From positions 608,001 to 672,000 of the forward strand of contig CAWIXE010000002.1 of NCBI GenBank assembly GCA_963840035.1: a DNA stretch of 64,000 bases, given 5' to 3'. Source of the DNA: a candidate division FCPU426 bacterium. GTDB lineage: Bacteria; Oederibacteriota; PGYV01; Palsa-1178. Position 1 is the first letter of the stretch. Each line of letters starts with the position of its first letter. A program made the position numbers and the translations under genes. Under the pieces are notes generated by a model. That model did no database searches, was not told the origin of the DNA, and saw only the letters and a list, made by a program, of their open reading frames with translations. This document shows, piece by piece, positions 39,911 to 50,261 of this stretch.

Positions 39911-39939
39911 TTGACTATAAAATAATAAAATGATATAAA
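39911..39939 (+). promoter_or_regulatory. Sigma70 promoter of tRNA-Gln
   Basis: TTGACT-17bp-TATAAA with extended TG. Confidence 0.7.
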
Positions 39940-39948
39940 TTTATACGT

Positions 39949-40024
39949 TGCCGGGTCGTCTAATTGGCAGGACACCTGACTCTGACTCAGGCGGTTGTAG
40001 GTTCGAGTCCTACCCCGGCAGCCA
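39949..40024 (+). tRNA. tRNA-Gln (CTG)
   Basis: TGCCGGG/CCCGGCA acceptor stem, CCTGA-CT CTG AC-TCAGG anticodon arm, GGTTCGAGTCC T-arm, encoded CCA. Confidence 0.95.
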
Positions 40025-40069
40025 AAATGAAAAAAGCGCGCTTAAAGCGCGCTTTTTTCATTTTGGCTG
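40019..40069 (+). terminator. 25-bp perfect inverted repeat / terminator overlapping tRNA 3' end
   Basis: cagccaaaatgaaaaaagcgcgctt-a-aagcgcgcttttttcattttggctg. Confidence 0.75.
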
Positions 40070-40364
40070 AGATAGGTGAGAGGAGAGAGTAGATAGGAGA
40101 TAAGCAGCCCGTTTTAAAACCCGGATCAAAAACCGGGTAAGCATCCGGTCACCTTTCTCCTATCTCCTCTCTCGTGAACTTAGGGCTGGATTTTGTATTT
40201 GTTTTACTGCAACTTGCTTTTGTCTTTTCCGGCTGCTATACTTTTATCATAAGAGTGTGCAGCAAACCGTCGGCTTAAAGCCGGCATCATACCCGATATT
40301 TTAACTCAAATTGAAAACTGACAAAAAAATTATTTTATGTATTATTTCTGCACGGGGGTGCTGT

Positions 40365-40547
40365 ATGCTAAAGCAGGAAAGGTGTTCGGAGGCTAATGCG
40401 GGAAAGAGCGAGTTCAAGTGCTGCTGCGGAAGGGTAAAAAAGTACGACCCATCAAGCGAGGATAAGACAATATACTGCCCTCACTGCAAGCAGTTTCATG
40501 AAAAGGACGACGCGAATTGCTGGACTCACATGAGGGAGGAGCAATAG
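40365..40547 (+). CDS. Small Cys-rich (zinc-ribbon-like) protein
   Basis: KCCCG...YCPHCK; G-rich RBS. Confidence 0.55.
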   Translation: MLKQERCSEANAGKSEFKCCCGRVKKYDPSSEDKTIYCPHCKQFHEKDDANCWTHMREEQ

Positions 40548-40634
40548 CCGCGGGCGCAAGTTGTCGTGTATTTTTATGCGAGAGCGTGTTAGAATTGGCA
40601 CATACAACTTGATAAAAAATCCGGGAGAAGAAAA

Positions 40635-41240
40635 ATGATAAAGGATATGCTGATTTTTTCGTTTTTGCCCATGCTTTTATTATCGGTACCATCATACGCG
40701 GCTGGAAAAGATAAAATCGCGACCGCCACTTTCGCGGGCGGGTGTTTTTGGTGCGTCCAGCCTGTTTTTGAATATATGAAAGGCGTCAAATCAACTGTGG
40801 CAGGGTACGCAAACGGCAAAGACAAAGACCCCACCTATGAGGATTATACTGAGAAAGGATATGTGGAGGCTGTGCAGGTGACATATGACCCTGCGGTTGT
40901 GACATACGAAGCGCTCCTTGAGAATTTCTGGATGCAGATAAACCCCACTGACGAAGGCGGCCAGTTCGTCGACCGCGGGGCGCAGTACAGGCCGGCGATA
41001 TTCTGGCGCGATGACGAACAGAAAAAAGCGGCGCTTGCTTATAAGGAAAAGATGTCAAAATCGGGAAAGTATGACGCGCCCATTAAAGTTGAAATATCGG
41101 CTTTTGTGAATTTTTATCCCGCCGAGGAATACCACCAGGATTATCATAAGAAGAACGCTTTCCGTTATAATATTTACAGGATGGGCACGGGCCGGGACGC
41201 TTATATTAAAAAAATATGGGGCGATATTAAAAAGAAATAA
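40635..41240 (+). CDS. msrA: Peptide-methionine (S)-S-oxide reductase with signal peptide
   Basis: AGGCFWC, GQFVDRG.QYR, FYPAEEYHQDY. Confidence 0.95.
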   Translation: MIKDMLIFSFLPMLLLSVPSYAAGKDKIATATFAGGCFWCVQPVFEYMKGVKSTVAGYANGKDKDPTYEDYTEKGYVEAVQVTYDPAVVTYEALLENFWMQINPTDEGGQFVDRGAQYRPAIFWRDDEQKKAALAYKEKMSKSGKYDAPIKVEISAFVNFYPAEEYHQDYHKKNAFRYNIYRMGTGRDAYIKKIWGDIKKK

Positions 41241-41299
41241 TTACTAATTACAAATGACCAATTACTAATGTGCGGAAAAACATTTAATTAGGTGGCTGG

Positions 41300-41749
41300 A
41301 TGCTATTGAGCGTGTTATCGGTTTTTTTTACCGCAATGCTTGAGTTGTGGGCGGCAATACCTCTCGGGTTTGTTCTGAAACTGGATCCGTGGATAAATGC
41401 TATTGCTACAATCGCCGGCGCAACAGCAGGTGTCGCAGTTGTTGTATTTGCGGGTGAAGGCCTGCGGGCGTGGATAATAAAGATGCGGAATGGTAATAAA
41501 GAATCGCAGCCAAAGGCAACCGCGGATAAAAAACCTTCAGCGATAGAAAATATCTGGAGGAAATATGGGATCATAGGACTGGGGCTTCTTGCCCCGTGGA
41601 TTACCGGCGCGCCGCTGGGCGCTGCCCTGGGTATGTCGCTTGGCGCGGACCCAAAAAAACTCCTTATCTGGATTACTGCAGGCAGCGTAATATGTACAAT
41701 AATACTTACAGCCATGGGCGCGGCCGGAGTCAGTTTAATCAAAAAATAA
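41300..41749 (+). CDS. Small multidrug-export-family membrane protein
   Basis: ELWAAIPLG, KYGIIGLGLLAP.ITGAPLG. Confidence 0.75.
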   Translation: MLLSVLSVFFTAMLELWAAIPLGFVLKLDPWINAIATIAGATAGVAVVVFAGEGLRAWIIKMRNGNKESQPKATADKKPSAIENIWRKYGIIGLGLLAPWITGAPLGAALGMSLGADPKKLLIWITAGSVICTIILTAMGAAGVSLIKK

Positions 41750-41829
41750 TTTACAATTATACCGGTGTTTTGTTATAATATTTATACGAAGAGGGATCGG
41801 CAAACAAAAAAATATCCGGAGGAATTACT

Positions 41830-42264
41830 ATGTCATTCATGAGATTTCTTGTTGTTGGATTCTTAAGCGGCCTGCTTTTCGCTTTTATGGACAGCGTTGT
41901 AAACCAGAATAACCTTGCGCACGCGATGTTTGAGTATTATAAAACCATTGCCAGGGCAGGGATGAATATTAATATTATCATCGGTGTTTTCATACTTTAT
42001 GGCTTTGCCCTTACATGGATATTTGAGGTTCTTTATAAATCGCTGCCGGGCAAATCGGGGTTTTCAAAAGGTACAAGTTTCGGCCTCCTGATTTGGTTCT
42101 TTAAGGTATTTATGTACGCTATGACACAGTGGATGATCATACCGGTGCCTGTTAATACACTCGGATATATACTCTCGGCCGGACTCGCTGAAATGCTGCT
42201 GCTTGGATGGTTCTACGGGCTTTTAATTAACCCGGAAGAGCATGTTTCTAAGAGCGTGCTTTAA
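41830..42264 (+). CDS. 4-TM hypothetical membrane protein
   Basis: RBS GGAGG; four hydrophobic segments; LPG...KG..FG. Confidence 0.75.
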   Translation: MSFMRFLVVGFLSGLLFAFMDSVVNQNNLAHAMFEYYKTIARAGMNINIIIGVFILYGFALTWIFEVLYKSLPGKSGFSKGTSFGLLIWFFKVFMYAMTQWMIIPVPVNTLGYILSAGLAEMLLLGWFYGLLINPEEHVSKSVL

Positions 42265-42388
42265 ATGCGAATTACTAATTACCAATAAATGTGTGCTATC
42301 GCACGATTATTATATTAAATCGCAAAGCGATACCTAAATTAGTAATTGGTAATTCGTAATTAGTAATTTTGCATGCATGTAGTGTGGT

Positions 42389-42417
42389 TTGACTTACCTG
42401 TCTTCCTTTGTTATAAT
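42389..42417 (+). promoter_or_regulatory. Near-consensus sigma70 promoter
   Basis: TTGACT-17bp-TATAAT with extended TG. Confidence 0.75.
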
Positions 42418-42443
42418 TTATTCACTAAAACAAAGGAGTTCAA

Positions 42444-45227
42444 ATGAAGAAAGCACCAATAATAATACCCGTTCTCATAATTCTTTTTGTGATGTTTAAC
42501 GGGTGTTCTTCAAAGGCCCCTTCGGCGCCCGGACCCGGGCCGGTTCCGCAAGACACAAAAACAATAACTCCGACACACAGCGTTTCACCCACATTTACAA
42601 TATCTCTTACCAATTCACCCACAAAGACAAATTCACCGTACTTTTCACCCACGGAAACCTGGACTGTAAGCCCGACTAAAACTCAAACCATGACATTCAG
42701 CCAGACATTTACTAAGACACAGGTGGTGCCGTCATTTACAAGGACCGCGACACCGACCCGCAGCGCCACTAATTCGCGGACCATGACCGTGACGCGCACT
42801 TCGACGGCAACGCAGACAAATACGCCGGCACCGGCGGTGCCGGTGATACCGATAATGATACAGGCGAACGTGCAGTCATGGAACGATTATACGAACTTTT
42901 ACGCGCAGGTTATGTTATATGACACCGTCAACTATGGATATGTAACAGCCACAAGCGTCGAGCTGAGTAATATTACCCATCCGCAATCTGTAAACCTGCC
43001 ATACGACGCCCCCAACACCAGATATTTTTACAACGAGTATCCGGTTACCTTCAATTATACTCCGGGGGATACTTACAGGGTGGAAGTACTTTATAACGGG
43101 TCGGTTTATTCCACGGAAGCGCAGGCTCCCGGTAATTTTTCATTTAATGAATATAACTTATCATCCGGATTGCAGTGCAACTGGCAGTTTGACGGCAGTT
43201 ATGACAATGTGAGGCTGTGGGATCAGACGTTGGGTACCGAGATTACGGATGCGGCATGGCAGGAACCTTCTAACACGGTGGACAGCGGGTTCACGGTGCC
43301 GGCGTCAAAATTTATTGTCGGCAATGATTATCAGATATTTATAGGCCTGAGCAGGGGCGTATACGGAGCTTTTACAAATACAGACGCGTATAGTTCCATT
43401 TTCCTTGGGACGGAAATCTACAGAAATTTTAACATGATAGGCCTGCCGACTTTTACAATGACGGTAACATGCACGCCATCAGAAACGGATACGCCGGTGA
43501 ACACAGAAACCGCGTCGCCTACCGAAACATTAACCGAAATCCCGTCAGTTACTTTTACAACAACAGAAACGGAAACACCGGTGGCCGGAACTGACACGCA
43601 GACACCTGATTATACGGCGACTGATACTCCAACCATTACACCCACGGGCACCCCGTCAATACTTCTTGATGAGGCCCTTGACGCGCCAGGGTATAATTTC
43701 ACCACCGGCGGCACAGCGCCGTTTTTCACGGAAACGGGAGTGTCATTTGCCGGCGGATCGGCGGCCCAGAGCGGCGCGGTGGATAATGGGCAGTGGAGCT
43801 GGGTAAGACTGGATTTTTCAGGGCCGGTTGTTGTCGGCTGGAGATGGAAAATGGAAGGGACCGCAGGAGTTGACATGATAAAGCTTAATAAAGACGGCGG
43901 ATACCCGATGGGTTTTGTGCTGGACCAGGTTAATCCATGGTGGGACGGGGATGAAATCGTATGCGGCAGCGGAGCGCATTATCTTCAGTGGGAATACATG
44001 CCCGGCTTTGGCGCGACCCCCGGGGTAAACAAAGCGTGGCTGGACAATGTATATGTTTATACACTCACGCCTTCAAAGACAGCTACGCCGACACTTACAG
44101 CAACGCCGACAAAGACAATTACTACAACAAATACGCCATACCACTCCGCCACAAATACTGCAACCGCAACGCCATCACCGACACTTACGCATACACCTTC
44201 ATGGAAAAGCGCGGGCGCGTGCATAACAGGCGGCACGGCAAACTATAACTGTATCGCCGCTGACGGCAGTGATGTTTATGAAGGTTATGAAAATGGCTCA
44301 AGCGCGCTTTATGTAAAAAAATACAACGGGACAGGTTGGGACACGCTTGGTTCGTCTGTGGGCAGCGGAACTCCCGGAATGCGGTGGATAGCGGCGCACT
44401 CAGGCTCAGTCTACGCTGTTTATAAAAAAGCAAGCGGTTTTATATCGCTGAATAAATATGATTCTTCCTGGTCTGAAGTGGGGGTTTCGGCGGTTACGGG
44501 CAATGTTCCTGCAATATGGATAGAACCTGTTACTGACAATGTTTATGTGGCATTCCAGGACGCTACGGGCCCTAATCCTATAATTGTAATGGTTTATGAC
44601 GGTAATACATTTACCCAGGTAGGAAGTTCTTTTGGCAGCGCGTGGGTTTCAGGCAGCATTTATCCTGTCTGCATAAGCGGATATAATAAGGCGGGAACTG
44701 TCAATTTATATTCTGTGTTTACGGATCCTTTAAGTTCATATACTGCGCATATGTGGCAATGGAACGGAACTGCATGGATTGACAGGGCGTTGGTATATCC
44801 TACAAATAACGGACAAAAGGCTGAAACTTTTGCCGTGGATACGGATCAGGCGACAGGCGATCTTTATGTGGTTTTCCAGGATTCCGGATGGAGACATGAG
44901 GTGATGGCTTATAAGTTCAGGGCAGCGGTACAATATTTTGACGTTGTCGGGACAAACGGCACCATTGACAACTGGTCATCAGGTTATAATACTGATATAA
45001 AAGTAATTGACGGGACAAAAATATACGCGCTTTATCATGACTATAGTACCGGTTACGCTGATGTGGCAGTCTTTAACGGAACATCATGGTCCAGCCCGGT
45101 GGGATTCAGAGGACTCTCGGGAGCCTCTGCGGATACGCTTTCAATGGATCTAGTTAACGGCGCCCCGTTTGTTTCTTACAAGGGCGGTTCATGTACTTCT
45201 GACATTACCGTAAAAAAGTACGAATAA
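42444..45227 (+). CDS. Large surface lipoprotein: three domains separated by Thr/Pro linkers, C-terminal beta-propeller
   Basis: Lipobox FNGC; three (TxTP)n tracts; repeated YV.f.D...V..yNGt.W blades. Confidence 0.8.
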   Translation: MKKAPIIIPVLIILFVMFNGCSSKAPSAPGPGPVPQDTKTITPTHSVSPTFTISLTNSPTKTNSPYFSPTETWTVSPTKTQTMTFSQTFTKTQVVPSFTRTATPTRSATNSRTMTVTRTSTATQTNTPAPAVPVIPIMIQANVQSWNDYTNFYAQVMLYDTVNYGYVTATSVELSNITHPQSVNLPYDAPNTRYFYNEYPVTFNYTPGDTYRVEVLYNGSVYSTEAQAPGNFSFNEYNLSSGLQCNWQFDGSYDNVRLWDQTLGTEITDAAWQEPSNTVDSGFTVPASKFIVGNDYQIFIGLSRGVYGAFTNTDAYSSIFLGTEIYRNFNMIGLPTFTMTVTCTPSETDTPVNTETASPTETLTEIPSVTFTTTETETPVAGTDTQTPDYTATDTPTITPTGTPSILLDEALDAPGYNFTTGGTAPFFTETGVSFAGGSAAQSGAVDNGQWSWVRLDFSGPVVVGWRWKMEGTAGVDMIKLNKDGGYPMGFVLDQVNPWWDGDEIVCGSGAHYLQWEYMPGFGATPGVNKAWLDNVYVYTLTPSKTATPTLTATPTKTITTTNTPYHSATNTATATPSPTLTHTPSWKSAGACITGGTANYNCIAADGSDVYEGYENGSSALYVKKYNGTGWDTLGSSVGSGTPGMRWIAAHSGSVYAVYKKASGFISLNKYDSSWSEVGVSAVTGNVPAIWIEPVTDNVYVAFQDATGPNPIIVMVYDGNTFTQVGSSFGSAWVSGSIYPVCISGYNKAGTVNLYSVFTDPLSSYTAHMWQWNGTAWIDRALVYPTNNGQKAETFAVDTDQATGDLYVVFQDSGWRHEVMAYKFRAAVQYFDVVGTNGTIDNWSSGYNTDIKVIDGTKIYALYHDYSTGYADVAVFNGTSWSSPVGFRGLSGASADTLSMDLVNGAPFVSYKGGSCTSDITVKKYE

Positions 45228-45240
45228 TAGTTGTTTAAAC

Positions 45241-45269
45241 AAAAGGCCGGGATAAATACCCGGCCTTTT
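45241..45269 (+). terminator. Intrinsic terminator
   Basis: aaaaggccggg-ataaata-cccggcctttt. Confidence 0.8.
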
Positions 45270-45355
45270 ATATTTACATACAAAAGGAATTATCTTATAA
45301 TAAATAAATCATTGCGGACAGCGCGGGAGCGCTGTCCCTACAAAACGGAGAGAAC

Positions 45356-46198
45356 ATGGCTGCAAAAATAATTGACGGAAAAGCTTATGCTGAAAAAGTA
45401 AAAGGGGAGTTAAGGGAAAAAGTCTCAAAGCTCACTGAGAAACCGGGGCTTGCTGTAATACTTGTCGGGGAGGATTCCGCTTCAAAAGTATATGTCGGCG
45501 GCAAGGAAAAGGACGCGCAGGAAGTGGGCTTTCACTCGGAGATATACAGGCTTGCGGAAAATACACAGCAGGATGAGGTTTTAAAGCTTGTAGATAAGCT
45601 TAACAACGACCCGAAGATACACGGCATACTGGTACAGCTTCCGGTGCCGAAACATCTGAATGAAACGCTCATAACCAATTCCATAAAGCCTGAAAAGGAC
45701 GTGGACGGATTTACGTATAACAGCGCGGGAAGGCTTTTGACAGGCAGCCCGTGCCTGGCCGCGTGCACGCCGAAAGGCTGTATAGGGCTTATTAAAACGA
45801 CAGGCATTGATATAAAGGGCAAGAACGCTGTTGTTATAGGCCGCAGTAATATAGTGGGTAAGCCTATGGCGATACTGCTCTTAGCCGAACACGCGACAGT
45901 CACCATATGCCACTCGCGCACTGTTGATCTTCCTTCATTTACAAGGCAGGCGGACATACTTGTGGCGGCGATAGGCAAGGCGAAATTTGTAAAGGCTGAC
46001 ATGGTAAAGCAGGGCGCGGTTGTAATAGACGTGGGAATGAACCGCGATGAGAACGGGAAATTATGCGGGGACGTGGATTTTGAAAGCGTAAAAGAAAAGG
46101 CGGCTTTTATTACACCGGTACCCGGCGGAGTCGGGCCGGTTACAAGGGCGATTTTAATGCAGAATACGCTTGAGGCTTTTGAACTGCAGAAAAAATAG
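45356..46198 (+). CDS. folD: Bifunctional methylene-THF dehydrogenase/cyclohydrolase
   Basis: HGILVQLP, KDVDG, CTPKG, GRSNIVGKP, TPVPGGVGP. Confidence 0.97.
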   Translation: MAAKIIDGKAYAEKVKGELREKVSKLTEKPGLAVILVGEDSASKVYVGGKEKDAQEVGFHSEIYRLAENTQQDEVLKLVDKLNNDPKIHGILVQLPVPKHLNETLITNSIKPEKDVDGFTYNSAGRLLTGSPCLAACTPKGCIGLIKTTGIDIKGKNAVVIGRSNIVGKPMAILLLAEHATVTICHSRTVDLPSFTRQADILVAAIGKAKFVKADMVKQGAVVIDVGMNRDENGKLCGDVDFESVKEKAAFITPVPGGVGPVTRAILMQNTLEAFELQKK

Positions 46199-46248
46199 TG
46201 ATACAAAAATAGTGATACGTGGAAAGTGGTATGTGGTATGTGAAGTAC

Positions 46249-46339
46249 GTACCACGTACCACGTACCACGTACCACGTACCACGTACCACGTACCACGTA
46301 CCACGTACCACGTACCACGTACCACGTACCACGTACCAC
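46249..46339. repeat. Perfect tandem repeat (GTACCAC)x13
   Basis: 91 bp, preceded by degenerate reverse-complement GTGGTAY units at 46212-46246. Confidence 0.95.
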
Positions 46340-46365
46340 ATTACACGTTTTAGGAGGTACTTTTA

Positions 46366-46851
46366 ATGAAACGTAAAGTCGTTTACCCTGGGACATTTGA
46401 CCCAATAACCAAAGGGCACTTGGACATTATTATCCGCGCGTCAAAGATGTTCGATGAAGTGACTGTTGCTGTGGCAAAAGGGGTTCACAAAAAGCCTTTC
46501 TTTTCACAGGAAGACAGGGTTGACATGGTAAAGAACGTGGTTAAAGGGATGAAAGGTATCAAGGTTGACACTTATGACGGCCTGATGGTTGATTATATGA
46601 AAAAAACTAAGAAACGCATCGTCATAAGGGGGCTCAGGGCTATTTCTGATTTTGAATATGAATTCCAGCTGGCTTTGCTCAATAAAAAGATGATGGGTGA
46701 CGATATTGAGCTCATTTATCTCATGCCTGATGAAAAATACCTTTATATTTCCTCATCAGCCGTAAAAGAAATAGCGGGACATGGCGGAAATGTCAGCGAG
46801 TTTGTCCCCAAATATGTCGCGCGTAAAATAAAGGAAAAATCAATAAAATAA
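46366..46851 (+). CDS. coaD: Pantetheine-phosphate adenylyltransferase
   Basis: YPGTFDPITKGH, RGLRAISDFEYE, ISSSAVKE. Confidence 0.97.
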   Translation: MKRKVVYPGTFDPITKGHLDIIIRASKMFDEVTVAVAKGVHKKPFFSQEDRVDMVKNVVKGMKGIKVDTYDGLMVDYMKKTKKRIVIRGLRAISDFEYEFQLALLNKKMMGDDIELIYLMPDEKYLYISSSAVKEIAGHGGNVSEFVPKYVARKIKEKSIK

Positions 46852-46983
46852 AGGGGTTTATCCGATTTTTTGTAATATTGCCCTAAAAAATCCTTTTAAA
46901 ATATGGCATTTCAAAAAATACTTGACTTTCCCGGTTTTTTCCTGTAATATATAAGAAAAATGAGGAAGGAGGGATTATCGCCA

Positions 46984-47283
46984 ATGACAAAAATTGAAAT
47001 GGTAGACAAAATCGGTGAGAACGTTGCTCTTCCGAAAAAGGACATTGAAAAAGTACTTGATCAGTTTGTGAAAATCTCCCAGGATGCTTTAAAAGGCGGC
47101 ATGAAAGTGTCGTTAACCGGCCTCGGATCATTTTCAGTTAAGGAAAGAAGGGGAAGAATCGCGCGTAATCCGAAAACAGGGGAAAAGGTAGACGTTCCGG
47201 CAAAAAAAGTTGTTAAGTTTAAACCGGGAAAAGACCTTATTCAGATTCTCCACGACTCAATGACAGGAACAAGCAACGCTTAA
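46984..47283 (+). CDS. hup: HU-family DNA-binding protein
   Basis: MTKIEMV...GLGSF...RNPKTGE...KFKPGK; promoter TTGACT-17-TAATAT at 46922. Confidence 0.9.
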   Translation: MTKIEMVDKIGENVALPKKDIEKVLDQFVKISQDALKGGMKVSLTGLGSFSVKERRGRIARNPKTGEKVDVPAKKVVKFKPGKDLIQILHDSMTGTSNA

Positions 47284-47440
47284 AGCTATCCGTCATACAG
47301 TCATAAGATTTTAAATAAATAAAGGGAAAAAATTAGCGTATTCACCTGCCTTTTTTATGCTATTTTGAATGGCAAAACGTTAATTTCAAATCATTAATAA
47401 GGGACACACAAAAATATTATTTTTAAGGAAGGTGTTTGTC

Positions 47441-48541
47441 ATGGCAGATAAGGCTCCAAAAAAGAAAACAGCTAAAAAAACAACGGGCTCAGAGGACAAG
47501 GTAAAAAAGGTTAAGGCAGTAAAAAAGCCCGTGAAGGAAAGTGCTGTTTCTCCGGTTGTTAAAAAGACTGAAGTTAAAAAGACACCGGCTGTAAAAGCTG
47601 AAAAACCCGCTAAAAAGGCGCCTGCCGTAAAAAAGATAAAAAGCTTAACTGACCATAAAATGACCGATGAGACTGAAGAAACGGAAATCGAAGCGTCCAA
47701 GTATTACCAGCCTGAGGTGGAAGAGGAAGCCGCGGAAGAAAAGCCTGCCCCGGGACAGAAAGTGGCTGAAAGGCATGAAACAACCATAGAGCAAAAATAC
47801 GGCGATAATAAGATAGTAATGATGGCCCGCGACCCGCACTGGTGTTATGTTTACTGGGACCTGTCAACCGGCCTTATGGCGGATAAAGCAAAAAACATTA
47901 ATGAAGCATATGACCTTATAATCAGGGTTTACGACGTCACATCCATTGATTTTAACGGCAATAATTCACATAAATTCGTAGACATACAGGTTAACGGCGA
48001 GGCCGGAAACTGGTATGTCAATGTCTGGGAAGCAGGCAGGACATATCTGGCGGATATAGGTTATAAGACGAAATCAGGGAAATTCATCCTGCTTGCCAGG
48101 TCAAAACCCGTGCTTACGCCGCAGGACAAAGTATCCAGCGTAACCGATGAAGAGTGGATGGTAGTGGACGAGGATTTTGAGGAATTATTCAGGATGTCTG
48201 CCGGAGGCGGCAGGGTGGGCGGAGGATCGGAAGGCTTCAGGTCGCCGCTGGAAGAGAACCTTTCATCAAATACCGTTTCAAGTTTTTCAAGTTATGCCGG
48301 AGGCGATAAGAAAAGGAAGTTTTTCCTTGTTGCCGATACTGAAGTCATCATTTACGGCGCCACTGAAGCAGACGCTTCGCTTACTGTAAAAGGCGAAAAG
48401 ACCCCTTTAAAACCGGACGGTACTTTTTCGCTTCGTTTTCACCTGCCTAACGGAAAAATGGAACTGCCTGTAGAAGCGGTATCAGCTGACGGCGTAGACA
48501 AATTTACCATTAAAATAAGCGTTGAGAGGAAAACGGAATAA
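47441..48541 (+). CDS. DUF4912-like protein with Lys/Ala/Pro-rich N-terminus
   Basis: RDPHWCYVYWD, RVYDVT, NWYV, ADTEVIIYGATE..PDGTFS; adjacent to GH57 as is usual for this family. Confidence 0.82.
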   Translation: MADKAPKKKTAKKTTGSEDKVKKVKAVKKPVKESAVSPVVKKTEVKKTPAVKAEKPAKKAPAVKKIKSLTDHKMTDETEETEIEASKYYQPEVEEEAAEEKPAPGQKVAERHETTIEQKYGDNKIVMMARDPHWCYVYWDLSTGLMADKAKNINEAYDLIIRVYDVTSIDFNGNNSHKFVDIQVNGEAGNWYVNVWEAGRTYLADIGYKTKSGKFILLARSKPVLTPQDKVSSVTDEEWMVVDEDFEELFRMSAGGGRVGGGSEGFRSPLEENLSSNTVSSFSSYAGGDKKRKFFLVADTEVIIYGATEADASLTVKGEKTPLKPDGTFSLRFHLPNGKMELPVEAVSADGVDKFTIKISVERKTE

Positions 48542-48548
48542 AACCCAT

Positions 48549-50147
48549 ATGAAACAACCCGACGGATATCTCGCATTAGTGCTCCACGCGCACCTGCCTT
48601 TTGTGCGCCACCCGGAATACAATGACCCGATGGAAGAATACTGGCTTTATGAAGCCATCACTGAAACATATATACCCCTGCTCAACGTTTACAATAAACT
48701 CATAGAAGACGGCGTGGATTTCAGAATTACCATGTCTCTTACGCCTCCGCTTATTTCCATGCTTAAAGATCCTCTCTTACAGGATCGTTATGTCAGACAC
48801 ATTAATAAAATGATTGAATTAGCGGAAAAGGAAGTTGAAAGGACAAAGTTCGAACCGCACTATAACCGTACGGCAGTAATGTACAGGGAAAAATTCTATA
48901 AATGCAGACACGTCTTCATAGATAAATACCACAAAGACCTTGTGGAAGGTTTTAAGCAGGTCCAGGAACAGGGGAAGCTTGAGATAATCACCTGCGGCGC
49001 GACGCACGGTTTCTTTCCGTTATCCACGGACAGGAACGCAGTAAACGCGCAGGTAAAAATCGCTGTGGACCATTACGTCCAGACCATCGGCAGGAAACCG
49101 CGCGGGATGTGGCTCCCGGAATGCGGATATAATCCGGGCGATGATGAAGTGCTCAAAAAATACGGCATCCGCTACTTCCTTGTTGATACCCACGGTATAT
49201 TATACGGAACTCCGAAGCCCAAATACGGCGTATTCGCGCCGGTGTACTGCAAGTCAGGAGTGGCGGCATTCGGAAGGGACCTTGATTCTTCCAAGCAGGT
49301 CTGGAGCGCGAAGGAAGGGTATCCCGGGGATTTTGATTACAGGGAATTTTACAGGGACATCGGATACGACCTTGATTACGATTATATAAAACCATACATT
49401 CATGAGTCAGGCATCAGGATGAATACGGGCGTGAAGTATTATAAGATCAGCGGGCCTAAAGTGGACCTTTCACAGAAAGCGCCGTATGACCCGTGGGCAG
49501 CCACTGAAAAAGCAGCCTCACACGCCGGCAATTTCATGTTCAACAGGGAAAAACAGGTTGAGCACTTAAAAGCGCATATGAAAAGGGAGCCGATTATAGT
49601 GGCGCCATATGACGCCGAACTTTTCGGACACTGGTGGTACGAAGGCCCGCAGTTCATTGACTTCCTCATGAGAAAGATGTTCTACGACCAGAATACCGTT
49701 AAAACCATAACTCCTTCAGAGTACCTGGAAAAGTTCCCGAAAAACCAGGTGGTGACGCCATCATATTCCAGCTGGGGCTATAAAGGCTATGCCGAGTACT
49801 GGCTTAACAACACCAATGACTGGGTTTACAAGCACCTGCATAAGACATACGACAGGATGAAGGAACTTTGCAATGTATACATGTACAAGCCGCGCACTGC
49901 CGATGAGGAGCGCGCCTTGAAACAGGCTGCAAGGGAAATACTGCTCGCGCAGTCATCAGACTGGGCGTTTATCATGAAGACCGACACGATGGTCGAGTAC
50001 GCGGTAAAACGCACCCTTCAGCATATTTTCAGGTTTACAAAAATATATGAGATGCTAAAGTCCAACAACCTTGACATGACATACATAGGCGAGATGGAGT
50101 GGAAAGACAACCTCTTCCAGGATATTGACTGGACCGCGTACGCGTAA
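48549..50147 (+). CDS. GH57 1,4-alpha-glucan branching enzyme
   Basis: LHAHLPFVRH, WLPECGY, YDAELFGHWWYEG, AQSSDWAF. Confidence 0.93.
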   Translation: MKQPDGYLALVLHAHLPFVRHPEYNDPMEEYWLYEAITETYIPLLNVYNKLIEDGVDFRITMSLTPPLISMLKDPLLQDRYVRHINKMIELAEKEVERTKFEPHYNRTAVMYREKFYKCRHVFIDKYHKDLVEGFKQVQEQGKLEIITCGATHGFFPLSTDRNAVNAQVKIAVDHYVQTIGRKPRGMWLPECGYNPGDDEVLKKYGIRYFLVDTHGILYGTPKPKYGVFAPVYCKSGVAAFGRDLDSSKQVWSAKEGYPGDFDYREFYRDIGYDLDYDYIKPYIHESGIRMNTGVKYYKISGPKVDLSQKAPYDPWAATEKAASHAGNFMFNREKQVEHLKAHMKREPIIVAPYDAELFGHWWYEGPQFIDFLMRKMFYDQNTVKTITPSEYLEKFPKNQVVTPSYSSWGYKGYAEYWLNNTNDWVYKHLHKTYDRMKELCNVYMYKPRTADEERALKQAAREILLAQSSDWAFIMKTDTMVEYAVKRTLQHIFRFTKIYEMLKSNNLDMTYIGEMEWKDNLFQDIDWTAYA

Positions 50148-50152
50148 GACTT

Positions 50153-50239
50153 TAATCACAAATCCCAAATCACATATCCCAAAGAAAACAAAAAAACGGC
50201 TGTTAACAGGCCGTTTTTTTTATTTGGGATTTGTGATTA
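50153..50239 (+). terminator. Terminator hairpin nested in inverted AATCMCA heptamers
   Basis: aaaaaaacggc..gccgtttttttt flanked by aatcacaaatcccaaat / atttgggatttgtgatt. Confidence 0.7.
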
Positions 50240-50261
50240 GCAGAAACGATACTGACTATAC

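Noticed and set aside
40255..40295. c-di-GMP riboswitch-like GCAAACC...CGGCTTAAAG
   Set aside because: Only a partial motif; first stem with GNRA loop is absent
39949..45227. tRNA-anchored genomic island
   Set aside because: No integrase or direct repeat of the tRNA 3' end found
46140..46405. ORFs with VVRGTWY / YHVPRTT repeats
   Set aside because: Translations of the 7-bp DNA repeat; also not a CRISPR array because there are no spacers
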